Source of the DNA: Nitrosopumilus sp.
GTDB lineage: Archaea > Thermoproteota > Nitrososphaeria > Nitrososphaerales > Nitrosopumilaceae
DNA: 64,000 nucleotides
Direction: 5' to 3'
Assembly (NCBI GenBank): GCA_965205215.1
Contig: OZ242041.1
Coordinates: 352,001 to 416,000, forward strand
Part shown: positions 19,519 to 29,840 of the stretch, in pieces
Position numbering within the stretch: the stretch's first letter is position 1
Layout: every line of letters begins with the position of its first letter
Program-made: the position numbers and the translations under genes
Notes under the pieces: model-generated
Seen by the model: the letters and a program-made list of their open reading frames with translations, nothing else
Database searches by the model: none
What the model was told of the DNA's origin: nothing

Positions 19519-20367
19519 TCACCCCGTACGCTCGTGCGGGTCGTAGTTTATCGCTATTATCTCCGCGCTGTCCTTTTGCGTCACATACTGCAGGGACCGG
19601 CGCAGCGCTATGCGATAGATCCTGTAGGACTCGGGGATCCCTATCGCGTCCGGCTCGTTCTGCTCGGATATCATGACACGGTTGTGCAAAGTGGTCGCGC
19701 GTACGAACCGCGCAAAGCTATCGGTTGCGGGCACCCCGTTGTAGTGAGCGTTTGTGTTGTTCATGTATGGGGGATCAAGGTAGAGAAATGCATCTCTGAT
19801 GTCCTGAAACTCTTCAAAATTCTTGTTGGTTATGGCCATCCCTCTCACCGCGTCGCTGATGGTCCGCAGGCGCTCCTCTGAGAGCGAGGGGCACCTCGCG
19901 CTCTTCCTCATCGGGGCGTTGAACTTGTTCTTCTTGTTGAAGCGAATCTTGCCGCTGAATGCGTTCTTTGCAAGGTACAGGAACCTTCCGGCACCTCTCA
20001 GGCCGTCTGTCAGGGATTCCGTACGCACCCTCAGGAAGTAGTCGGGGGACGACATGCTCCTGTGCCTCTCGTACTCCTCGATCAAACCTGCCACGTCGTC
20101 ACGGACAAGGGTCATAAAGTTGGCCAAGACGGGGTTGTTGTCGTTGTAAACCACGCGATCCGAACCGAACCTAAAGCAGCAGTATATGGCAAACGCTCCG
20201 GATCCGCCAAAGACGTCCACAATCTTCCCGCTGCCGGCATCGTCGGGCACCAGTTCGTCGAATATGTCCGAGAAGCCGGACTTGTTTCCTATGTAGGGGA
20301 TCAGGTGACACCGGTTGCGGCCGTTTCGCACCTCATACTGCCGGACGAACTGGGACGCTGCTGCCAT
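19519..20367 (-). CDS. D12-class N6-adenine DNA methyltransferase (Dam-like), orphan
   Basis: PYIGNKS, DVFGGSGA (motif I), YNDNN, FSGKIRFNKKNKFNAP, YLDPPY (motif IV). Confidence 0.88.
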   Translation of the reverse strand: MAAASQFVRQYEVRNGRNRCHLIPYIGNKSGFSDIFDELVPDDAGSGKIVDVFGGSGAFAIYCCFRFGSDRVVYNDNNPVLANFMTLVRDDVAGLIEEYERHRSMSSPDYFLRVRTESLTDGLRGAGRFLYLAKNAFSGKIRFNKKNKFNAPMRKSARCPSLSEERLRTISDAVRGMAITNKNFEEFQDIRDAFLYLDPPYMNNTNAHYNGVPATDSFARFVRATTLHNRVMISEQNEPDAIGIPESYRIYRIALRRSLQYVTQKDSAEIIAINYDPHERTG

Positions 20368-20635
20368 AATACCGACAACACGGATAGGCGCCGCTTACTT
20401 AAACCTGCATGCAGTTCCGGGGGATCTAGGGTGCGTTTGACGCAACCGCACGCCACAGTCATTGACCGTTAGATTATGTCACGCGTTTTTTGTGCGGTGG
20501 TGCGCGCCGTACCGGACTGAACCGAGCGTCGATATGCCGGCACGGGGATGACAATCCATGCCCTGCAACTGATGTCAGCGCATGCGTTCTTTTTCATGCG
20601 GGTTTAAATTATCACGCGTACGACCGCCGCGTGTA

Positions 20636-21514
20636 ATGGCGGCAAGAATCGGATGCCACGTGTCGATATCGGGCTCCATCGACATGGCAGTCGACAACGC
20701 CGTGCAACGCGGCTGCACCGCGTTCCAGATGTTCACGCGCAACCCCCGGGGATGGCACGCAAAGGAGCTTGACGGGCAGGTGACCGCCGCATTCCGAACC
20801 AAGCTTGGGGAGAGCGGGATCGACGGGGACGCGATCTGCGCCCACATGCCGTACCTGCCCAACCTGGCATCCCCTGACGACGCGGGCTTTGCAAAGTCGA
20901 CGGCCACGCTCACAGACGAGGTGCGCCGGTGCGGGCTGCTCGGCATCCCGTACGTAGTGACGCACCTCGGCAGCCACCTGGGCTCAGGCGAGGAGGCCGG
21001 CATGGGCAGGCTGGTCAGGGGGCTCAACGGGGCGGCCAAGGCGGCGGACAACGACGTGATGATACTGCTGGAGAACACGGCGGGCCAGAAGAACTCGGTA
21101 GGCTCCGACCTGGGGCAGCTTGGCGACATACTAGGCAGGTGCAGGCCCGCCGGAAGGTTCGGGGTCTGCCTTGACACGTGCCACGCGTTCGCGGCCGGGT
21201 ACGACTTGCGGACCAAAAAGAGCGTAAAAGAGACGTTCGGCCTGTTCGAGGAGCGCGTGGGAATGGACAGGCTCAAGATAATTCACCTCAACGACGCAAA
21301 GGGCGAGCTGGGATCAAGGCGCGACAGGCACTACCACATAGGACTCGGCGAGATAGGCGAGGAGGGAATGGCGGCGGCGGCGAGGACAGCCGACAAGAAC
21401 GGCATACCGCTCATCCTGGAGACCCCGATCGACGAGAAGAGGGACGACGTGGGAAACATTGCCAAGACCAGGGAGCTTCTCGCGGCAAAAGGCGCCGGCA
21501 AGGCCCGGACGTGA
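20636..21514 (+). CDS. nfo: endonuclease IV (AP endonuclease)
   Basis: GCHVSISG, AHMPYLPNLAS, HLGSH, LENTAGQ, CLDTCHAFAAGYD, HLNDAK, DRH, ILETP. Confidence 0.95.
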   Translation: MAARIGCHVSISGSIDMAVDNAVQRGCTAFQMFTRNPRGWHAKELDGQVTAAFRTKLGESGIDGDAICAHMPYLPNLASPDDAGFAKSTATLTDEVRRCGLLGIPYVVTHLGSHLGSGEEAGMGRLVRGLNGAAKAADNDVMILLENTAGQKNSVGSDLGQLGDILGRCRPAGRFGVCLDTCHAFAAGYDLRTKKSVKETFGLFEERVGMDRLKIIHLNDAKGELGSRRDRHYHIGLGEIGEEGMAAAARTADKNGIPLILETPIDEKRDDVGNIAKTRELLAAKGAGKART

Positions 21515-21552
21515 TGGTTATATCAGGATGAAGACAACGTGGGTGAGATGCG

Positions 21553-23025
21553 ATGAACTATGACGAGGTTGTAAAGCTTGCACTGGAGCGGGGCTTTTAC
21601 TTTCCAAGCTGCGAGGTGTACGGCGACGCGCAGGCCGGGTTCTGGGAGTACGGGCCGTCAGGCGTCTCCCTGAAGAACAAGTTCGTCGAGCTGTGGCGGC
21701 GTGAGCTGATCAGGCGGGACGCCATGATGGAGATCGACGGCTCGCAGATAATGTCCGGGTCGGTGTTCGAGGCGTCGGGCCACCTGGCAAGCTTTGCGGA
21801 TCCCATAACGAGGTGCGAAAAGTGCGGCCTCACGGTCAGGGCGGACAAGGCCATAGAGGAGATATCAAATGTGGTTATACCAGAGTCCGCAGAGCCGGCC
21901 GAGTTTGACGCCGCAATAGCGGAGAACGGCATAAGGTGCCCCAAGTGCGGCGGACAGTTCTCCGGCACGGAGCGGTTCAACATGATGTTCAGGGTGGGCA
22001 TAGGGCCCGAGCAGAAGGCGGCGTACCTGCGCCCCGAGACCTGCCAGTCGATATTCGTGGACTTTCCAAGGCTGTTCAAGTCCATGAGGGGGAGGCTGCC
22101 GGTCGGCGTGGGGCAGATAGGCAAGAGCTTTAGAAACGAGATCGCGCCAAGGCAGGGGCTCCTGCGGCTAAGGGAGTTCTACCAGGCGGAGATAGAGGTG
22201 TTCTGCAACCCCGACAAGCTGGACGACGCTCCGAACTTTGCGGAGGTTGAGAACACCGTGCTAAACCTGCAGGTTGCAGACGGAGGTGACGCGCCGATCC
22301 AGACCGTATCGTGCTCTGACGCGGTGCGGACGGGGCTGCTGCCAAGCAGGCTGGTGGCGTACTACCTAGGGCTGCTGGCCGAATTCTATGAGAAGACCGG
22401 CATCGACATGTCAAAGAGCAGGTTCCGGAAACTGGGCCAAAAGGAGAAGGCGTTCTATGCTGAGGTCGCCTTTGACTTTGAGGTGGAGGTGTCGACGGGG
22501 TGGCTGGAGCTGGTCGCGTGCAACTACAGGTCGGGGCACGACCTGTCCGGGCACGCCAGGCAGAGCGGCGAAAAGTTCGAGGTCATGGACGGGGAGCAGA
22601 AGGTGCTGCCGCACGTCTTTGAGATTTCCATGGGCATCGACCGCAGCCTGTACACCATACTGGAGCACTCCCTCACGCGCGACGCGGAGCACGACGACAG
22701 GACCGTGCTGTCGCTCAGGCCGTACCTGGCGCCGGTCCACGTGGGCGTGCTCTCCTTGGTAAAGAAGGACGGGCTGCGCGAAAAGACCGACGAGATATAC
22801 CGCATGATAAGGCGCAAGTGCGACGCGTTTCTGGATCACTCGGGCGCCATCGGCCGCAGGTACAGGCGCCTTGACGAGGTGGGCGCCCCGTTTGCCATAA
22901 CGGTGGACCACCAGACCCTGCAGGACCAGACCGTCACGATAAGGCGGCGGGACAGCATGGAACAGTCCCGCATCCCCGTATCTGAGATCGACGGCGTGAT
23001 AGCGGAGCACATTGCGTATCCTTAA
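21553..23025 (+). CDS. glyS: glycine--tRNA ligase (archaeal/eukaryotic type)
   Basis: YLRPETCQ, GKSFRNEIAPRQGLLRLREF, EISMGIDR, IGRRYRRLDEVGAP. Confidence 0.96.
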   Translation: MNYDEVVKLALERGFYFPSCEVYGDAQAGFWEYGPSGVSLKNKFVELWRRELIRRDAMMEIDGSQIMSGSVFEASGHLASFADPITRCEKCGLTVRADKAIEEISNVVIPESAEPAEFDAAIAENGIRCPKCGGQFSGTERFNMMFRVGIGPEQKAAYLRPETCQSIFVDFPRLFKSMRGRLPVGVGQIGKSFRNEIAPRQGLLRLREFYQAEIEVFCNPDKLDDAPNFAEVENTVLNLQVADGGDAPIQTVSCSDAVRTGLLPSRLVAYYLGLLAEFYEKTGIDMSKSRFRKLGQKEKAFYAEVAFDFEVEVSTGWLELVACNYRSGHDLSGHARQSGEKFEVMDGEQKVLPHVFEISMGIDRSLYTILEHSLTRDAEHDDRTVLSLRPYLAPVHVGVLSLVKKDGLREKTDEIYRMIRRKCDAFLDHSGAIGRRYRRLDEVGAPFAITVDHQTLQDQTVTIRRRDSMEQSRIPVSEIDGVIAEHIAYP

Positions 23026-23122
23026 CAGGCCCTGTATCGTGCACGAGGCCTGCTGAGCAGGAAGCGCCGATCCGTACACAGCAGGGGTCAAATCGGTTTT
23101 AAGAGGACGTGGTAAGCAGGGG

Positions 23123-24532
23123 TTGTTGTTCCCCGTAGCGCTGGCCGTGCTTGACATGCTCGACGGGTTCCGGTGGGACGGCCTCCTGCAGGGGACGTCG
23201 TGGCCCGCCTCCATATCGGAGGTCATCGGCATGCTCTCGGAGATTACAACATCCGACGGGGCGATCGCGTCGGCGCCCGTCCTCCTGCTCGCGGCAGGCG
23301 TGGTCATATTTCTAGGTGTGACGGGCGAGGCGTTCTTCAAGAGGACGGGAGTCCCGGACGTCGCGTTTTTGATGATCCTCGGGGTCGTCCTAGGTCCCGT
23401 CCTGGGGATAGTGCAGCCTGAGGCCGTCGCGCAGATCGTCCCGTACTTTGCGGCCGTCGCGCTGATCATAATCATGTTCGACGGCGGCCTGAACCTGGAC
23501 CTGAAGAGCATAGCGAGGACGGCGCACTTTTCCATATTCCTCGCGGTGCTGGGGTTCGTGGTGTCGGTGGCCATAGTGGCGGCGCTCGCGTACTACTGGG
23601 CCGGATGGTGGCTGATGGACAGCATACTGCTCGGCACGATAGTGGGGGGGAGCAGCTCCGTCATCGTGTTCGGACTGGTCCGGAACGTGCGCGTCTCGGA
23701 GGGGGCGAGGTCCATGATGAGCTTCGAGTCGGCGATTACCGACATACTGGCCACCATAATCGCGTTCATAATGTTCGAGGCCATACTGACGGGCGAGTTC
23801 AGCCTCGCCGTGCTCAGCGAGACCATCGGGACCGCGATGATGGTCGGGCTCGTGCTGGGGCTGGGGGTGGGGATCCCGTGGATGTATGTCACTACAAAGT
23901 TTGCAAACGCGCAGCACAGCTACATGCTGACGCTCGGGATACTCTTCGTGCTGTTCTTCATGGCGAACACGTTCGGTGAGTCGGGCGCGCTGACGGCCCT
24001 GGTCTTCGGTCTGATGCTGGGAAACAAGGACCGCCTCTCAAAGGTCTTCAGGTTCAAGGTGAGGAGGATCGAGGCAAACGACCCGACCCACAATCAGCTG
24101 ACGTTTCTCGTGCGCTCCTTCTTCTTCGTGTTCGTGGGGCTGCTGGCCAGCTTTGGGCAGATCGAGTATATACTGCTGGGCGTGGTCTCGACGGTCCTGA
24201 TCTACGTGGCGCGCGTCGGAATGGTGAGGGCGGTCCTGACCAAGAGGTTCTCAAGGCTGGACAAGAAGGTGACCCAGGTTATGATGCCAAGGGGGCTTGC
24301 CGCGGCCGTCCTGGCGACGCTGCCGCTCACCATGGGGCTCCCGAACGCGGAGGCCTACCCGCAGATCGTCTTTTTCATAATACTCACGTCCGTCATCATA
24401 ACGACCATAGGCCTCGGCGGCGCAAAGAAGATCCCCCCTCCCGAGCCGCGCGAGGGGGGGTTTGTGCGCATCACGGACAACTACGACGACGATAGTGGTG
24501 GCGGCAACAGCAGCAGAAACGGCAGCCCATGA
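23123..24532 (+). CDS. cation:proton antiporter (CPA1/NhaP-like)
   Basis: About 12 TM helices, IMFDGGL, ESAITD, MPRGLAAAVLA. Confidence 0.88.
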   Translation: MLFPVALAVLDMLDGFRWDGLLQGTSWPASISEVIGMLSEITTSDGAIASAPVLLLAAGVVIFLGVTGEAFFKRTGVPDVAFLMILGVVLGPVLGIVQPEAVAQIVPYFAAVALIIIMFDGGLNLDLKSIARTAHFSIFLAVLGFVVSVAIVAALAYYWAGWWLMDSILLGTIVGGSSSVIVFGLVRNVRVSEGARSMMSFESAITDILATIIAFIMFEAILTGEFSLAVLSETIGTAMMVGLVLGLGVGIPWMYVTTKFANAQHSYMLTLGILFVLFFMANTFGESGALTALVFGLMLGNKDRLSKVFRFKVRRIEANDPTHNQLTFLVRSFFFVFVGLLASFGQIEYILLGVVSTVLIYVARVGMVRAVLTKRFSRLDKKVTQVMMPRGLAAAVLATLPLTMGLPNAEAYPQIVFFIILTSVIITTIGLGGAKKIPPPEPREGGFVRITDNYDDDSGGGNSSRNGSP

Positions 24533-24600
24533 CTTGCCGTACGATCGGATCAGTCCGAACCTCCAGGGGTCGGCGGCTGGACGGGCCGCGTCCTTTCTTC

Positions 24601-26607
24601 CTAGTCCTGAGGCGGCTGTTGTTGTTGCCGCCCCACCTCCCTTACCTGGCTCTTGCCTGACGGCAAAACCCTGACAAAGTCGTCAAGCGGTATCCTCTTG
24701 GCCGCGTCCTCGTCCAGCTTCAGGAACTCGGTCCTCACGCGCTTGGCGGCTTCCGACAGGTCGGGGCCGTGCGGCTCTATTATCGCGTACAGCACGGAGC
24801 GAGACACGACGGGCTCCGGCGGCCCGCACACCAGCACGGGGCTGCCGTTGTGGATCACCATGCCGACTGCCAGCCTCAGGGACTGGGGACGGATAAAGTT
24901 GCGCTGCCCCGATATGGTAAAGGATCCCTTTGGCAGGAACTGCCCCGTGGGCGCCGACTTGCGGACCTGATCGGGGCCGACCCAGAACGCGCTCATCCCG
25001 TGCATCCCCTCGCGCCAGGCCCTGCTAAAGCAGACCGTCGCATGGGCCACCTCGTTCATGCTTACGTCGGAGGGCGCCGCGGACGGGTCGGCCCCCTTTA
25101 GTATGAAGAACGGCGAGCCGTGCACCTCGGCGTGGAACACGCGGTCGCCCGGGGCCATCTGCTTGCGTACGACGGCCGAGTTGGACGCGGCGTCCCTTCC
25201 CCCCACCGCAAGCGAGCCGTCGGACGTGTAGAACCACCGGTACCGCTCAAACCAGCTCTTCTTGCGTATCTCAGAGGCGATGCCGCTGCCGGCCCTGGCC
25301 CTGTCCGACTGGGCCTCGCCGTACAGCTTCTCTAGCCTGCTGCGCGCGTCTGCCATCGACTTTTCAATGGCCGGGGCCGCCCTTGCCTGCCGCTTTGCCT
25401 CGTCAAACAGCACGGACGCGACTGACTGCAACGGGGCCTGCATGCTGACATGTATCTTTTTGTCAGATATCCTTACGAGGTGTACGCCCTTCTCCTGCAG
25501 CAGCTGTGCCCCGCACCCCTCAAGCGCGGGCAGGACGCGCCCGTCGGACATGGACAGCACGCCCTCTCCCGCAAGCCCCAGCAGTGACCTTGCAAGCGCG
25601 CCGACTGACTCGGAGCGGCGCATCACGGTATCTACCGCCTTTTGCTGCTCTGCAATCTGGGTCTCCAGATCTTTGATTCGCGTGGCCGTGCCGGACGCCC
25701 CCGCGTCGCGCGCCCTGGCAAGAAACGACTCGGTAAAGACCTTGTCAAGGCCGGCCATAAAGCTGGAGGCCTTGGACCTTTTGGCAGTGGTGCCGGCCGC
25801 GTCACCGTCACCGGCGCCGTCGTCATCGTCCATGCCGCCTGTCACGTCGACGGGCATCACCTCCGGGCTCTTGCCCTCTGTCGTTATTATGACGGGGGTG
25901 TGGTTTCCCGACGTTACGTCGGACACCAGGCGAACGGCCGCGTCACATATCGCGTCTGCCTGCCCCTGGTCCAGCTGCGTGCCCGCGGTACCGGACGGCA
26001 CGCCGGCCATCCGTATTATCCCCTCGGCGTACTTTCTTGGAAGTCCCAGCGTGCGCCCAAGCCACCTGGCCGCGGCCATATCGGCCCCGGGCAGGGATGC
26101 AAAGTCCTGCCTGTCCATGTTCAGTACGTCCACCGCGTTGTCTGACGGCGCGGGCGGCGGGGCGTACTTGGCCCCGACCTTGAGCGTCCGGTGCCTCACG
26201 TCCACCGAGTGCATCAGGGCCAGTATCTTCATGTCTGCATCGCACAGTATGACGTTGCCGTCCCCGAAGAGCTCCGCTACCAAGACAAACTCGCTGCCAA
26301 ACCCCTCAAACTCCAGATACGCGATGCGCTCGGCGCCGATCTGCCTTATCTGCCGGAACCTCATGCGCAGAAGTGTGCTGCGCAGGCGCCTCTGCATGCG
26401 GTTCTCCTCTATCTGGCCCAGCTTGGTGGACGTCAGCCATATGCCAAAGGTCGAGACCATCAGGAACAGGTCGTCCTTTGAGGTGTGGCGCAGCTTGAAC
26501 AGCAGGCTGTCCCTCGTGACCCCGTAGATGTTGTTGACATAGTATCCGTCTATGATGCCCGATATGTGGTCGACTATAAAGCGCAGCTCGATTCCGGCAA
26601 GTGCCAT
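24601..26607 (-). CDS. rqcH: NFACT/RqcH ribosome quality-control protein
   Basis: ERI, ELFGDGNVIL, WFERYRWF, GGRDAASN, FHAEVHGSP, QVRKSAPTGQFLPKGSF. Confidence 0.9.
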   Translation of the reverse strand: MALAGIELRFIVDHISGIIDGYYVNNIYGVTRDSLLFKLRHTSKDDLFLMVSTFGIWLTSTKLGQIEENRMQRRLRSTLLRMRFRQIRQIGAERIAYLEFEGFGSEFVLVAELFGDGNVILCDADMKILALMHSVDVRHRTLKVGAKYAPPPAPSDNAVDVLNMDRQDFASLPGADMAAARWLGRTLGLPRKYAEGIIRMAGVPSGTAGTQLDQGQADAICDAAVRLVSDVTSGNHTPVIITTEGKSPEVMPVDVTGGMDDDDGAGDGDAAGTTAKRSKASSFMAGLDKVFTESFLARARDAGASGTATRIKDLETQIAEQQKAVDTVMRRSESVGALARSLLGLAGEGVLSMSDGRVLPALEGCGAQLLQEKGVHLVRISDKKIHVSMQAPLQSVASVLFDEAKRQARAAPAIEKSMADARSRLEKLYGEAQSDRARAGSGIASEIRKKSWFERYRWFYTSDGSLAVGGRDAASNSAVVRKQMAPGDRVFHAEVHGSPFFILKGADPSAAPSDVSMNEVAHATVCFSRAWREGMHGMSAFWVGPDQVRKSAPTGQFLPKGSFTISGQRNFIRPQSLRLAVGMVIHNGSPVLVCGPPEPVVSRSVLYAIIEPHGPDLSEAAKRVRTEFLKLDEDAAKRIPLDDFVRVLPSGKSQVREVGRQQQQPPQD

Positions 26608-26865
26608 GATGGTGTGGCCTCCCCACCCTAGGATTAAACTCCTTTGCGCTTCTTGGCGCTGCCGACTGCGCCGATATGCAGGTGAGACTCCTCCCCTCCC
26701 AATCCGTGGATAGCCCGACACGCCGGCTGTCAGACCGGCCACCGTTCACGCACCCGGCCATCACGGGGGAGGAGAGGGGGAGGACGGTGCACGGGGCCGA
26801 ATGGCTGCCGGGATCGTCTACCAAAGGTATTAAACGAGGCGGCCCCAATTCAGGCTAGAAATTCC

Positions 26866-27399
26866 TTGGCCAGGTTCAAGAAGAGAAAGTCAAAGCCGAC
26901 TTCGGGTTCTGGAGGCGGCCGGAGTGACAGGCAGGCGGAACCACCTGCAAGGGACGACGTGGCAGGCGGCGCAGAGTCGGAGCCACCCCCCGCTGCCGCA
27001 AAGCCCGCGTCGTCGGCGCCCACAGACGGCGGCGAGGACGCAAAGGCGCCGGAACCACCCCCCGAGTCGGAGCTCCAGAGGAGCGAAAAGGAGCGCAAGC
27101 TTAACCTGCTGTTCTGGATGCGCGTGACGCTCGCGGTGGCGGCGGGTACGGCCGCGACGTTCGTCTTTGCCGACATAGAGGGCGAGGACAGAAGGTGGGC
27201 GTCCATCGCGTTCATGATAATACTGTTCATCGGGACTGTATTCGTCGCAAAGGGCATGAAGATGCAGCTGCCCTCCTCGGACAGGAAGAAGATAGTGACG
27301 CAGGGGCTGGGAAGCTACGTGTTCCTGTACCTGTTCGTATGGATAGTGTCCTACACGCTGGTCAACCTGGAGAGGGTTCAGAGTGGGATCAACCTCTAG
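26866..27399 (+). CDS. hypothetical membrane protein (3 TM, disordered N-terminus)
   Basis: LFWMRVTLAV..., KIVTQGLGSYVFLYLFVWIVSYTL. Confidence 0.75.
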   Translation: MARFKKRKSKPTSGSGGGRSDRQAEPPARDDVAGGAESEPPPAAAKPASSAPTDGGEDAKAPEPPPESELQRSEKERKLNLLFWMRVTLAVAAGTAATFVFADIEGEDRRWASIAFMIILFIGTVFVAKGMKMQLPSSDRKKIVTQGLGSYVFLYLFVWIVSYTLVNLERVQSGINL

Positions 27400-28075
27400 T
27401 GGGAAGAGCGGCGGCGGCGCTACGAAAAAACCACTCAGCCCCTCGAAATGGCGCTCCGACGTGCCCGGGATTCCGGACGAATACTTTGAGAGGTCGGACT
27501 CCGTGCCGATCACAAAGGAGGAGGTGCGCGCAATCATAATCAGCAAGGCCAGGCTCAAGGATGGGAACCGTGCCCTAGACGTGGGATGCGGCTCCGGTTC
27601 CATAACGGTGGAGGCCGCGATCCGCGCAGTCGGAAACGGCCTCGTAACGGCAATAGATCGCGACGGGGAGGCCGTCGCGCTGACCGAGAGGAACCTAGAA
27701 CGGTTCGGCGTGCGGGGGTACGCCGACGTGGTACACGGGGACGCTCTGGACGTGCTTGGCGGGACCGGCGGCGGGGCGGACGGTTCGCCACCTCACGCGT
27801 CACCATATGACGCCATCATAATAGGCGGGACCGGCGGCGACACCGCGGAGATCGTGGAGAGGTGCTCACACATGCTGGCGCCCGGAGGACGCATCGTAAT
27901 CAGCACCATACTGATCGAGACCCTGCACGCGGTCCTGAGGATCATGGGCGGGATGCCGTTTGAGGACGTCGACATAACCCAAGTGACCATATCAAAGAGC
28001 CGGAAGACCTCCACAGGCACCATGATGCTTGCAAGGAACCCCGTGACCGTAATATCGGCGACGCGCATGGGGTGA
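27383..28075 (+). CDS. cbiT: cobalt-precorrin-6B C15-methyltransferase (decarboxylating) CbiT
   Basis: PGIPDEYF, PITKEEVRA, DVGCGSGSITVEAA, MMLARNPVTVI. Confidence 0.93.
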   Translation: MGSTSSGKSGGGATKKPLSPSKWRSDVPGIPDEYFERSDSVPITKEEVRAIIISKARLKDGNRALDVGCGSGSITVEAAIRAVGNGLVTAIDRDGEAVALTERNLERFGVRGYADVVHGDALDVLGGTGGGADGSPPHASPYDAIIIGGTGGDTAEIVERCSHMLAPGGRIVISTILIETLHAVLRIMGGMPFEDVDITQVTISKSRKTSTGTMMLARNPVTVISATRMG

Positions 28076-28250
28076 CGGCGCCGGGCAGCGGCAGCCACCG
28101 GGGGCGGCAGGGCGCCGTCCGTGCTGACCGGGTATGCGTCCAATATGGCTCAAGGCATAGCCACGGTAGCCATCTGCGAGTTCACGCTGTGAGTATTGCC
28201 GACACCCAAGCGCGGCCAAAGAACAGAGCGCCGGCACGATATGGACTGCT

Positions 28251-28535
28251 TTATTCAGCAGGCTTGAGTCCAAGGAGGGACTGGGGGGTCTCTGACCACG
28301 ACCTGTCAGCTCCCTCAAACTCACAGGAGACATCATTGTAACGCGCCGATTCTGCCCCGAGACAACTATCAAAGCAGCTCTGCTCCGTTGACTGCCCGTC
28401 GACGCTGGTTGCCACCCCATCCTCTGCATATACGATAACGGTGCAGACTCCAACCGGTTCTAACGTAAGCGCGCTATACGGCAACATCGCCGCGATTACA
28501 ATCCCGCACATTATTGCAACTACGACCTTTTTTGT
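28251..28535 (-). CDS. small exported Cys-rich protein (start uncertain, possibly frameshifted)
   Basis: KKVVVAIMCGIVIAAML hydrophobic segment followed by C..SCFDSC..SCEF; lower GC. Confidence 0.5.
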   Translation of the reverse strand, partial: TKKVVVAIMCGIVIAAMLPYSALTLEPVGVCTVIVYAEDGVATSVDGQSTEQSCFDSCLGAESARYNDVSCEFEGADRSWSETPQSLLGLKPAE

Positions 28536-28750
28536 AAGGTAGGGGGGAACAGGGAGGGCCTGACCCATGCAAAGGCCCCGTAGACTAGGATCAAAAGAAC
28601 CGAGATTCGTATTAGAGAAAACATGTATGGAAACTGGAAAGAACCAAAGGGGAGGAATATTGAGACAAGCGAAATCCAGACTGGCACGATATAGGACACG
28701 GCCGCGATTACCAGAATCACGATTCTCTTTCTGAGGTTCGGAATGTTCAT
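28520..28750 (-). CDS. small 2-TM membrane protein
   Basis: MNIPNLRKRIVILVIAAV...; ATGA overlap with the upstream ORF. Confidence 0.55.
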   Translation of the reverse strand: MNIPNLRKRIVILVIAAVSYIVPVWISLVSIFLPFGSFQFPYMFSLIRISVLLILVYGAFAWVRPSLFPPTLQKRS

Positions 28751-29028
28751 CTTCTACTCCAGACCGCAAAACCGGTTATCACGATTCCTGCATAAAGCGC
28801 CATCGACCAAAACAGCCAGTAAGGGTCAATTGTCGCCCCATCCAATGGCATATACCCAATTTGATATCTAATGCCCCTGCCCTCAGTGGGCACTACGTTG
28901 TAGAGACGCTCAAATGGAAATGGTTTGTTCCAGAACGAGGGACTGTATGTAATTGGCAGGTACCTGAAAAAGTTCGCTAGCCCAAACGCAAGCAGCCCGA
29001 TCCCAGTTATCAAAAATCTGTCTTTCAT
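28747..29028 (-). CDS. small 2-TM membrane protein (MKDRFLI N-terminus)
   Basis: N- and C-terminal TM helices; ATGA overlaps on both sides. Confidence 0.7.
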   Translation of the reverse strand: MKDRFLITGIGLLAFGLANFFRYLPITYSPSFWNKPFPFERLYNVVPTEGRGIRYQIGYMPLDGATIDPYWLFWSMALYAGIVITGFAVWSRR

Positions 29029-29192
29029 TTACTAGACTCCAAAGTCGTGCCCAAAACTGTGCTTGATGATCTCGAGGCACTGGCAGGGAATACCCCCATG
29101 TACGGGGAGCACCAGTTTGCCACCATGAACAGGTATAACGAGAAGACCGCAGATACCGTAGTCGAAACTGCGATCTTGTACCTTGCCTTCAT
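29025..29192 (-). CDS. small 1-TM ORF (55 aa, MKARYKI N-terminus), possibly truncated
   Basis: MKARYKIAVSTTVSAVFSLYLFMVANWCSPYMG...ESSK*; ATGA overlaps on both sides; not in the ORF track. Confidence 0.55.
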   Translation of the reverse strand: MKARYKIAVSTTVSAVFSLYLFMVANWCSPYMGVFPASASRSSSTVLGTTLESSK

Positions 29193-29683
29193 TCTGCCGC
29201 CCTGAGTTCGACCGTTGCCTGCTTGCCGCCGTCTCCGGTGCCGGCAGCCCCTAGGCAGTCTGCGTTCCGGATAAAGTCCTCGGCAAAGAGTCCGTCCGCG
29301 TCCATTTCGCGATGATACTCGCCCACATTGCAGTAAACGTACGCTCTTATCCTGTCTTGGTATGGGGAGTAGTCCAGGTCTAGTATCAACTGGTTTTGGG
29401 TATCAAAGCTCATTACGCCTACCTGAAGATTTGCGTCCCCCCTGTCGCGGTACACAAACTCTTCTTTTGCGTCCGGATACACCTCGTACATTGCCAAGTA
29501 TGCCGGGTGCGCGGCCATCTTAGAGTATATCTCGTCTGGCGACATATCCATTCTATCCAACCTCTTCCACCTGTCCCAAGAGTCTTCAATGATGAATGGC
29601 AGTATCGAAACCAAGAACAAGGCGAAGATAGTTATGCCTACGCCTATGGCTAGATACAGCGCAAACCTTGGCAGGCGTTCCAT
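29189..29683 (-). CDS. membrane-anchored hypothetical protein (HxxY..YP...C...DF...DCL family)
   Basis: MERLPRFALYLAIGVG TM anchor; TATA-like TTATATA about 25 nt upstream of ATG 29683. Confidence 0.75.
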   Translation of the reverse strand: MERLPRFALYLAIGVGITIFALFLVSILPFIIEDSWDRWKRLDRMDMSPDEIYSKMAAHPAYLAMYEVYPDAKEEFVYRDRGDANLQVGVMSFDTQNQLILDLDYSPYQDRIRAYVYCNVGEYHREMDADGLFAEDFIRNADCLGAAGTGDGGKQATVELRAAE

Positions 29684-29840
29684 GGCCCAAATGGTCTCCC
29701 GTGAGTATATAACGTCTGTTCCAAAACTGCTCTCGCATAACCCTCCGCTTGCGGATCGTGACAAAAGTGACATTATGGGGATGCCGCTTCCACACGCGCC
29801 CTCCCCCGACCCACAGGGACGTCAGGTTACAAAATAACTA

